DNA of 64,000 nucleotides from Phycisphaerae bacterium (lineage in GTDB: Bacteria; Planctomycetota; Phycisphaerae; UBA1845; Fen-1342), in NCBI GenBank assembly GCA_050115495.1, contig JASFQK010000016.1, positions 32,001 through 96,000 on the forward strand, in the 5' to 3' direction. This document shows positions 56,761 to 64,000 of this stretch, piece by piece. The notes beneath the pieces were generated by a model. It had not been told where the DNA came from. It ran no database searches and saw nothing but the letters and a program-made list of their open reading frames with translations. The number at the start of each line of letters is the position of its first letter. Position 1 is the first letter of the stretch. The position numbers and the translations under genes are program-made.

Positions 56761-58005
56761 ATGTCCACGGAGACGTACAAGCCGGCGGGGTATTGCCCGA
56801 AGTGCGGGTACGCCATGGACGTCGGGCAGTGCCCGGAGTGTGGCGCCGAGGTGACGGCCCGGACGCTGGCGAGGTGGCCGCGGGGCTATTGGCGCCGGCG
56901 GGTCATTCGCTGGGGCGTGATACTGGTGCTGCTGGTCGGCGTCTCGTACGGCGGGTATCGCCTCTGGCGAAGTGGGAAGTGGGTACGATGGTTGCCGAAC
57001 GACGTGCTCCTGTGGGGGATGACGTGGGAATCCGATCGCATCGACAAGGAGCTGTTACGACGATGCGAGAACCAGACTTTGAGCGAGGATGAGATGCGGC
57101 GCGTCTTTGAGTTCGCTTACGAGCGACGGCTGGTATTCCCCCGCGAGATCCCGGCATGGACATCGGTGCCCGCGATGGTGGAGATCCGGTGGCGCGGTGT
57201 GTTGCGCCACGACGTGTACTGGGGAGACTTCGGCGATACGGCTCGTGATGCGTGGCGGATTCAGGTGGGAGAGCACACGTTTAATGTGCCGGGCAGTTGG
57301 CTCGGGCACAACTGCTACGAATTCGGATACGAAGTGTGGTTCGACCTGCCTCCGCTACCGCCAGGCCAAGAGATCATTACGGTTGACGGGGAGTTCTGGG
57401 AGGAGGAACCGCCGGTCAAGGGCCTGCCGGCGGGAACACGACTGCCTGTTCACCTGGCGGAACCGCTGCGCGTGGCAGATCGACGGATGGACGAGTACGT
57501 GACCGACGTGTGGGAGCCGGAGCTTGCAGAGAAGGCGGGGGCAGGCGTGTTGGCGGGGGCAGTTCGTTGGGAGGAATGCGCATGTTCGGAACTTGCCCTT
57601 GCGTTCACGCCTCTGCCGTTCTCGCGTGCCTTCGACGTCTACATACGCACGGACGGACAGGAGGAGTATGAGGCGCTGGAGGACGCGTTTGGACTACCGG
57701 AGCGAGTGGCGGTGGAGCGGGGCTGCTATGGCCGCATCTGCGTCTTGTTGCCGTGGAAAGGTCCGGTGGCTGATGCCAAGACGGTGGATGTGCAGTTGCG
57801 GCCGTCGCGAGCAGTCGCTCTGTTTTACGGGTACGACGCCTGCTTCGGCGGCGTGATTGAGTGGCTCGACCTGCCGTTGCGCGATGAGCCGTCGGTCGTC
57901 AATGTGTCGATTTCGACTTGGGTGTCGGTATATGACACGTCGTACTGTGAAGTTGAGGAGGTCGACCCGCCGACGCGCGTGTTTCGGTGGGAGGGGGACG
58001 AGTGA
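56761..58005 (+). CDS. Zn-ribbon/TM/soluble-domain protein, tandem copy 3
   Basis: Same architecture; starts 1290 bp after copy 2. Confidence 0.85.
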   Translation: MSTETYKPAGYCPKCGYAMDVGQCPECGAEVTARTLARWPRGYWRRRVIRWGVILVLLVGVSYGGYRLWRSGKWVRWLPNDVLLWGMTWESDRIDKELLRRCENQTLSEDEMRRVFEFAYERRLVFPREIPAWTSVPAMVEIRWRGVLRHDVYWGDFGDTARDAWRIQVGEHTFNVPGSWLGHNCYEFGYEVWFDLPPLPPGQEIITVDGEFWEEEPPVKGLPAGTRLPVHLAEPLRVADRRMDEYVTDVWEPELAEKAGAGVLAGAVRWEECACSELALAFTPLPFSRAFDVYIRTDGQEEYEALEDAFGLPERVAVERGCYGRICVLLPWKGPVADAKTVDVQLRPSRAVALFYGYDACFGGVIEWLDLPLRDEPSVVNVSISTWVSVYDTSYCEVEEVDPPTRVFRWEGDE

Positions 58006-58080
58006 TCGTCGGCGGTGGGCTGGTGTCGGCGGGGGTGGTGCTGTGGTCGAGCTGTTGGCGTGGCGCGGCGTGAGGTGGTG

Positions 58081-58575
58081 ATGAGCGGATTCTGGCGGAT
58101 TCTGCTGCGAATTGTCTTCGTGTACGCGTGCTGGCTGGGGATGATGGCCACGCACGAGGCGGGGCACGTGCTGCATGCGTACGCCGCCGGCGGGCGGGTG
58201 GCTCGCGTGATCGTGCCGTGGGTGGGGTTCTCGCGGACGGATCTGGCGGAGAACCCGCATCCGCACTTCGTGGCGTGGGGCGGAGCGGTGTGGGGCTGCC
58301 TGATCCCGCTGGGGCTGCTGGCCGTGGCGGCGGCGCTGCGGTTTCGCCGAGTGGCGTGGGTGCAGTTCTTCGCGGGGTTCTGCCTGGTGGCGAACGGGAC
58401 GTACTTGGCCACCGGCTCGGCGATCGACGCCGGCGATTGCGACGATCTGATGCGCTGCGGAACGCCGCGGTGGCTGCTGGTCGCCGTAGGCACGCCGCTG
58501 GCGGCGTCGGGGTTGTATTTGTGGCATCGATTGGGTTTGCGGGCGGTGGAGGACGGAACGGAGGCTCGGCAGTGA
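58081..58575 (+). CDS. Small membrane protein with HExxH (M50-like)
   Basis: THEAGH next to a TM helix, several TM segments, GDCDDL. Confidence 0.7.
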   Translation: MSGFWRILLRIVFVYACWLGMMATHEAGHVLHAYAAGGRVARVIVPWVGFSRTDLAENPHPHFVAWGGAVWGCLIPLGLLAVAAALRFRRVAWVQFFAGFCLVANGTYLATGSAIDAGDCDDLMRCGTPRWLLVAVGTPLAASGLYLWHRLGLRAVEDGTEARQ

Positions 58576-58669
58576 GGGTCAGAGGGTCAGAGGAGCAAAG
58601 GGTGGCGGAGGATTCCGCCCTGCACTTTGCCCCTCTGCTCCTTTGATCCTATGTTCCTCGTAGGGGCAC
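58576..58669. repeat. 8-mer-built palindromic element (copy 1)
   Basis: GAGCAAAGGGTGGCGG.GGATTCCGCCCT.CACTTTGC.. core shared with 59752-59824. Confidence 0.85.
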
Positions 58670-58723
58670 AGGCGTCTGAGCGGGCGGCGCGGTCCAGAGC
58701 AGCGTGCCGGCCGCAACCGGGCG

Positions 58724-59686
58724 GTGTTTGAGCGGTACGATAGGGTGGTGGTTGAGTGGCGGTCTCGGCGGGGTGCCGGCGTGCGGTGGATTTGTCGCGA
58801 GTGTCGATATGACGTGCGGACGCAGGCCGAGCAGGCGCAGGCCCAGGGTGCGGACTCGTTGACGTGCCCGGAGTGCGGGCAGGTGTGGCCGCTGGCGGAT
58901 TTCGAGGACGTTCCGACCGTCGCCGAGTATTGCCCGGCCCGCTGGCTGCTGCCGGTGATGCTCGTCGAAACGGTGCTGATGGCGATGCCCGCGGGGCACG
59001 CCAGACGGTGGAACCCGTCGCCGGAGACGACCAGTCGGCGGGCGAGCTTCATGTTCGTGACCATCCTCGTCGAGCAGGTGCTCGTGCTGTTCCTGTTCGG
59101 CATGGTGCCGATCGTGGCCGTCGCGACCGAGACCGACGAGCTGTACTGGTTTCGGGCAGACAACTTCCTTCCGATCCTGGCGTGTGGGCGATCCGTCGGC
59201 TATGCGTTCGAGGAAGGGCTGTGGCGCAATGTGCTGCTGCTGTGCACGGCGTTTGCGCCGGCGACGCTCGTGTTGGCGGCGGCGTTTCACAGGATCGAGT
59301 TCGCGCGGGAGGGCTGGCGCGAGGCCCGATGGGTGCACGCCGTTCGCCGGTGCTTCGCGGCGACCGCGCCTGGGATCCTCCTGCTGGGCGGGTACGCGCT
59401 GCCGTCGATCATGCTGGTGGGGATAGAGCCGGTCGGCCCCCTGGTCTGTACCTGGGCGCCGTGGTTGATGCTGTTCGGCGCCTTGGTTTGCGTGGCGAGC
59501 CTGACACGAACGGGTTGGATCGACTGGGGATGGTGGGGCGCGGTGCGGTACACGGGCTATGGCATCATCGCCTTCGGCCTTAGCGTTGGTTGGGTCGTCG
59601 GCGGGAGCCTGCTGCTGACGGGGGAGCCGCTGGATGTGTTTGACTATTTCGACTTGTTCTTGCGTGAACTACTTGAGCTTTGGTGA
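58724..59686 (+). CDS. Membrane protein with N-terminal Zn-ribbon
   Basis: CRECRYDV..CPECG, then about 5-6 TM segments. Start uncertain. Confidence 0.7.
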   Translation: MFERYDRVVVEWRSRRGAGVRWICRECRYDVRTQAEQAQAQGADSLTCPECGQVWPLADFEDVPTVAEYCPARWLLPVMLVETVLMAMPAGHARRWNPSPETTSRRASFMFVTILVEQVLVLFLFGMVPIVAVATETDELYWFRADNFLPILACGRSVGYAFEEGLWRNVLLLCTAFAPATLVLAAAFHRIEFAREGWREARWVHAVRRCFAATAPGILLLGGYALPSIMLVGIEPVGPLVCTWAPWLMLFGALVCVASLTRTGWIDWGWWGAVRYTGYGIIAFGLSVGWVVGGSLLLTGEPLDVFDYFDLFLRELLELW

Positions 59687-59824
59687 GGTGAGGGGCAGAG
59701 GGGTGAAGGGGCAGAGGGTCGGAGGAGCAAAGGGGCAAAGGATCAAAGGAACAAAGGGTGGCGGCGGATTCCGCCCTTCACTTTGCTCCTCTGATCCTTT
59801 GATCCTATGTTCCTTGGAGGGGCA
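59687..59824. repeat. 8-mer-built palindromic element (copy 2)
   Basis: Longer 8-mer arm plus the same core as copy 1. Confidence 0.85.
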
Positions 59825-59858
59825 ACGTGTGAGGCGTGCGGACGTCTGAGCCAACGGC

Positions 59859-62807
59859 TTACCCTTCCGCCGACAGCAACGGCGCGATGTGGTCGCGCAG
59901 TTGCTGGACGCGGTCGCGCAGGTCCTGGAGGGCGTGGGCCACGTTGGCGGTGGAGGCGTCATCGGCGCGGGCGAGGTGTTCGAGGATCTCCGCTGACCGG
60001 CGGGTGGATTCGGCGCAGATGTTCGAGGCGGCACCCTTCAGCGCGTGCGCGGCGACGCGCAGGCTGTTGGCGTCGCGGGCGGCGGCAGCCTCGTCGATGT
60101 GGCCGAGCATGTCGGGCAGGATGTCGTTGAATCGGCGGAGCAGACGGTCGAAGAGTTCCTGATCGCCGGCGAGATTGTCACAGGCCTGATCGACGTCGAG
60201 CACGGGGGCGTCGGGTGGTTCAGCAGGCTCACTGGTTGCGGCCGGTTCGACGGCGGGAGCGGGGTCGGCGGCACTCGTCGGCTCGGACGCCGGGGCAGGG
60301 CTGCCAACCGCGGCCGGTGTTTCCACGGGGGTGGCGGCCGCCCAGCGGGCGAGAACCCGGCGTAGCGTACGAGCCTTGACCGGCTTGGCGACGTAATCGT
60401 CCATGCCGGCCTCCAGGCATTGCTCGCGGTCCTCCTTCATGGCGGCGGCGGTGAGGGCGACGATCGGCGTGCGGCGGCCGCCGGCCCGCTCACGCTCGCG
60501 GATCACGAGCGTGGCCTCGACGCCGCCCATGTCCGGCATCTGCACGTCCATGAGGATCACGTCGAAGGGCGGTTCGTCCGCGCGGGCGAGGATGTTCAGG
60601 GCGGCCTGGCCGTCGCCGGCAACGACGACGGTGTGGCCGTCGGCTTCGAGAAGAGCGACGGCGACCTCCTGGTTCACGGGGTTGTCCTCGGCCAGCAGGA
60701 TGCGCAGCGGGCGCGTGGGGCCTTCGTCCGCCGCGGACGGGGCGGTGAGCAGTTCGTCGCTGAGCTGGGCTGCGCCCGTGCTGGTGACGATCGCGTCCAG
60801 CAGCTCCGACGGCGTCACCGGGCTGAGCAGGTAGCCGGAGATCAGGGAGGCGGCATCACCCTCGGCGTCGCTCGGCGGCTCACCGCAGGACAACACCAGG
60901 ATCTTGGTGCCGTCGAGCACGCGGTGGCGGCGGATGCGGCGGACGAGCTCCGTACCGGAGAGATCGTGCAGGCGGATGTCGATCAGGGCGAAGGGATAGG
61001 GGCGGCCCCCGGCCGCCCCGCGGAGGAGGATATCAGTTGCCGAGCGGGCGTCCGGTACCGCCATCGGCCGCATGCCCCACGTGGCGAGCATCTCCGTCAG
61101 CACCTGGCGGCGCGTGGTATTGCTGTCGGCGACCAGGACGGGCAGGCCGGCCAGGTCGGTGGGAGCCGGCGGCGGCGGCAGGCCGACGCCTCTCTGGAAA
61201 CGGGCCGTGAAGTGGAACGTGCTGCCCTGGCCCTGGACGCTCTCGACCCAGATGCGACCGCCGAGCATGCCGACGAGCCGGCGGCAAATGGCCAGACCCA
61301 GCCCGGTGCCGCCGTAGTTACGCGTCGTGGAGCTGTCGGCCTGGGCGAAGGCCTCGAAGATCAGGGCCTGCTTGTCCGGGGCGATGCCGACGCCGGTGTC
61401 GCGGACGGCGAAGTGCAGTTGCGACTCGCCGCCACGTTGTGCGTCCAACTCGACGTGGACGACGACCTCGCCGCGCTGCGTGAATTTGACGGCGTTGCCG
61501 ACGAGGTTGAGGATCACCTGGCGGAGGCGGCCGACGTCGCCGAGCAGGGCGTTGGGCACGTTGGGGGCCACGTGGACGATGAGCTCGACGCCCTTGTTCT
61601 GGGCGGCCATGGCGCACGTGCGAACGGCCTCGACGACGCAGGCCCGCAGGTCGAAATCCACGGAGTCGAGCTCGATCTTGCCCGATTCGATCTTCGACAG
61701 GTCGAGCACGTCGTTGATGATGGCCAGCAATGAGTCGGTGGAGCGCTGGATCATGCGGACGTAACGGCGCTGCTCGGCGGTGAGGTCGCTGCGTTGCAGC
61801 AGATCGACGACGCCGATGATGCCGTTCATCGGCGTGCGGATTTCGTGGCTCATGTTGGCCAGGAACTCACTCTTGGCCCGGTTGGCCGATTCCGTTTTCG
61901 AGCGGGCCGCCTCGAGTTCTTCTAGCACCGCTTCAAGCCGGGCCGCGGCACTCTTTTCCCGCTTGAGGGCCTCGGCGAACATGGCGTTGCTGCGACGGAG
62001 CTGCTCCTCGGCATGCTTGCGGGCGCTGATGTCGACGAAGCTCTCCAGCACGTGCGTGCGCCCGTTGAGCGAGATCGCCGCGGCGGTTTTCAGTACGGCG
62101 ACACTGCGGCCGTCGGCGGTTCGCAGCGAGCACTCGGTGTTCTCGATTCTGTGGTGCAGGTCCAGGACGGGGCACTTTCCGCTGCGGGCGACGCAGATGC
62201 AGTCGCGGCACAACCGGCCGATGATCTCCTCGCGCGGCGCCCCGATCATTCGGACGGCGGCAGTGTTGGCCTCGACGATCTCGTGGCTCTCGGCTTCGAT
62301 CATCACGACCGCCGCCGGGACCGCCTCGAAGATCGCCTGCAGGCGATGTTCGTTCTCGCGCAGCGCCGCAGCAGATTCCTCCGCCGCGTGCCGGGCTTCC
62401 TCGAGGCGGGCGTTCATCTCCTGGAGGGCGTCGCGGGCGTTCTTGACGCGGACGGCCGAGCGGATCCGGGCGGAGACGATCGGCCAGTCAGGAGGTTTGG
62501 TCACGTAGTCGTGGGCGCCGGCGTCGAGGCCGGCGACGACGTCCGCCTCCCCGCCAAGCCCGGAAATCAGCACGACGGGAATGGCCGCCAGCTCGGGGTC
62601 CGCATTGATTCGTCGGCAGAGCTCGATGCCGTCCATGCCCGGCATGACCATGTCGGAGAGGATGACGTCCGGTGACGTGGTCCGGGCCGCGGCGAGGGCT
62701 TCGGCGGCGCTGTCGAAGCAGATGACGTCGTGCCCGTCGTGCCGCAACTGGCGGGAGAGGGCGGCGATCATCTCCGGGCAATCGTCGACCACGAGCAGCC
62801 TGGCCAC
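59859..62807 (-). CDS. Hybrid sensor kinase REC-PAS-HisKA-HATPase-REC-REC-Hpt
   Basis: [77 protein letters not shown] before GTG. Confidence 0.93.
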   Translation of the reverse strand: MARLLVVDDCPEMIAALSRQLRHDGHDVICFDSAAEALAAARTTSPDVILSDMVMPGMDGIELCRRINADPELAAIPVVLISGLGGEADVVAGLDAGAHDYVTKPPDWPIVSARIRSAVRVKNARDALQEMNARLEEARHAAEESAAALRENEHRLQAIFEAVPAAVVMIEAESHEIVEANTAAVRMIGAPREEIIGRLCRDCICVARSGKCPVLDLHHRIENTECSLRTADGRSVAVLKTAAAISLNGRTHVLESFVDISARKHAEEQLRRSNAMFAEALKREKSAAARLEAVLEELEAARSKTESANRAKSEFLANMSHEIRTPMNGIIGVVDLLQRSDLTAEQRRYVRMIQRSTDSLLAIINDVLDLSKIESGKIELDSVDFDLRACVVEAVRTCAMAAQNKGVELIVHVAPNVPNALLGDVGRLRQVILNLVGNAVKFTQRGEVVVHVELDAQRGGESQLHFAVRDTGVGIAPDKQALIFEAFAQADSSTTRNYGGTGLGLAICRRLVGMLGGRIWVESVQGQGSTFHFTARFQRGVGLPPPPAPTDLAGLPVLVADSNTTRRQVLTEMLATWGMRPMAVPDARSATDILLRGAAGGRPYPFALIDIRLHDLSGTELVRRIRRHRVLDGTKILVLSCGEPPSDAEGDAASLISGYLLSPVTPSELLDAIVTSTGAAQLSDELLTAPSAADEGPTRPLRILLAEDNPVNQEVAVALLEADGHTVVVAGDGQAALNILARADEPPFDVILMDVQMPDMGGVEATLVIRERERAGGRRTPIVALTAAAMKEDREQCLEAGMDDYVAKPVKARTLRRVLARWAAATPVETPAAVGSPAPASEPTSAADPAPAVEPAATSEPAEPPDAPVLDVDQACDNLAGDQELFDRLLRRFNDILPDMLGHIDEAAAARDANSLRVAAHALKGAASNICAESTRRSAEILEHLARADDASTANVAHALQDLRDRVQQLRDHIAPLLSAEG

Positions 62808-62823
62808 GGGCGGTGCTCCTCCT

Positions 62824-63258
62824 CTACTCGTTGAAAGGCCTCGATTCGGACTGGCCCCAGGGCGTGAGGTGCGCCGGCGATGCGGCGGAGCCCAACGCCT
62901 GATGGATGGCGGTGTGCAGCGTGTCCACGCGGATGGGCTTACGCACCAGGAGCGGGACGTCAAGGTCACGCAGGGCCTGCGGCAGGTCCGGCTCGGTGCA
63001 GGACGTCACCACGACGATCCGACATGTCGGATCCACCATGCGCAAAGCGTGGATGGCGTCCAGCCCGTTGACGTTGGGCATCAGGATATCCATCGTGGTC
63101 AGGGTATAGCGGCTCAACAGCGATTTGTGGATGGCGTCCGCGCCGTCGACGGCTTCGGTGACCACCATGCCGAGCGACTCGAGCACCTCCCGCAGCAGAA
63201 AGCGCGTGCTGGGCTCGTCATCGACGATCAGGGCCGGCAAGCCCGGGTAGGGGTGCAT
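62824..63258 (-). CDS. Single-domain response regulator (CheY-like)
   Basis: [24 protein letters not shown]. Confidence 0.88.
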   Translation of the reverse strand: MHPYPGLPALIVDDEPSTRFLLREVLESLGMVVTEAVDGADAIHKSLLSRYTLTTMDILMPNVNGLDAIHALRMVDPTCRIVVVTSCTEPDLPQALRDLDVPLLVRKPIRVDTLHTAIHQALGSAASPAHLTPWGQSESRPFNE

Positions 63259-63261
63259 GCA

Positions 63262-63837
63262 TCAACTCCCGATCCACGAATGGATCACCGGCAGAACACT
63301 CGCGAGTGAGGCCTCAGCGTCACACGCGCCGGCGAGCCGCACCTGTTCGATCATCCGGTAGCACGGCGTTGAGGCCCGATCCGTTACGAGCACCCGTCCG
63401 CCGGCGCGACGGATGGCCTCGCAGCCGGCCACGCCGTCATGGTCGGCGTGCAGGCCGGACAGCATGGCCCCATAGCAGCACGGCCCGAACACGTGGGCCG
63501 CGCTAGTGAAGGTCACGTCCATCGACGGGGCGAAGTAGTTCTCGCCCTCGGTGCGGCGGACCGATACGCTGGTCCCGCCGGCGTTGAAGCGGACGTTGTA
63601 GGCCGGCTCGGCGATCAGCACCTCGCCGGGCCGCAGCAGATCTCCGTTAGTGGCCAGCCGGACCGGGGTGGCGACCGTGTCCCGCAGGTACCGCAGGAGC
63701 CCTTCGACGAACGGGCCGGGCGGCATGTGCTGGATGATCACGATCGCCGCCGCGAAGCCCTGGGGCATGGCCTGCAGGTACACGTGGTGCGTCCGCGGGG
63801 CCCCAGTCGACGCGCCGATCAGCACGACATTTCGCAT
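63262..63837 (-). CDS. Stand-alone CheB-like methylesterase domain
   Basis: IGASTG (Ser), IQHMP (His), PSMDVTF.SAA, LSG...DG..G (Asp). Confidence 0.82.
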   Translation of the reverse strand: MRNVVLIGASTGAPRTHHVYLQAMPQGFAAAIVIIQHMPPGPFVEGLLRYLRDTVATPVRLATNGDLLRPGEVLIAEPAYNVRFNAGGTSVSVRRTEGENYFAPSMDVTFTSAAHVFGPCCYGAMLSGLHADHDGVAGCEAIRRAGGRVLVTDRASTPCYRMIEQVRLAGACDAEASLASVLPVIHSWIGS

Positions 63838-64000
63838 CGCCGTTTCGTTGCCTCGACGGCTGGTTTTCAGCCTCATCCCGTGATCGGTCGCTACGGGTCT
63901 CGTCTTCGCCGGCGGCGCGCCGCGGCCTGCCGGCGTTCACTTCATCCGGCAGGCCGGGCGTGCTCGTCGGCACGGAGGCGTCTAGAACGCGTCGAGCGTC

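Noticed and set aside
37060..58005. Diversity-generating retroelement (Avd-like four-helix bundle plus variable paralogs)
   Set aside because: No reverse transcriptase is present and no TR/VR pair with adenine-specific differences was seen.
54181..59824. Integron cassette array
   Set aside because: No integrase and no clear attC (RYYYAAC..GTTRRRY) sites; the repeats include coding sequence.

Overview
GC-rich bacterial window, most likely from a planctomycete of class Phycisphaerae. This is inferred from the Zn-ribbon signal peptidases, the CxxCGY..CPECG membrane proteins and the repeat types. Core content: putA; two tandem signal peptidase I genes; lptB; a complete iscRSUA-hscBA-fdx operon; two divergent POT-type transporters with large inserted domains; a cyclophilin-FKBP fusion; a degenerate tRNA-Asn followed by a more AT-rich islet; a large beta-helix/FN3 surface protein; two SecD-P1-only lipoproteins; a 1290-bp-period gene triplication; and a CheB/REC/hybrid kinase set. 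Best candidate for an undescribed system: a 16-kb co-oriented tricarboxylate cluster (30383-46697). It encodes an IDH/IPMDH-family dehydrogenase, two different fused aconitase-family enzymes, PrpD, an HD protein, a CitD-CitE fusion with an atypical ACP motif, and CitF, with no citC/citG/citX in the window. Further candidates: a family of GTAG-hairpin REP elements with a truncated RAYT gene between inverted copies, and a promoter/terminator-bounded structured transcript (about 15905-16205, minus strand) with 17 nt complementarity to the 16S rRNA 3' end. All calls come from reading motifs by eye; no searches were run.
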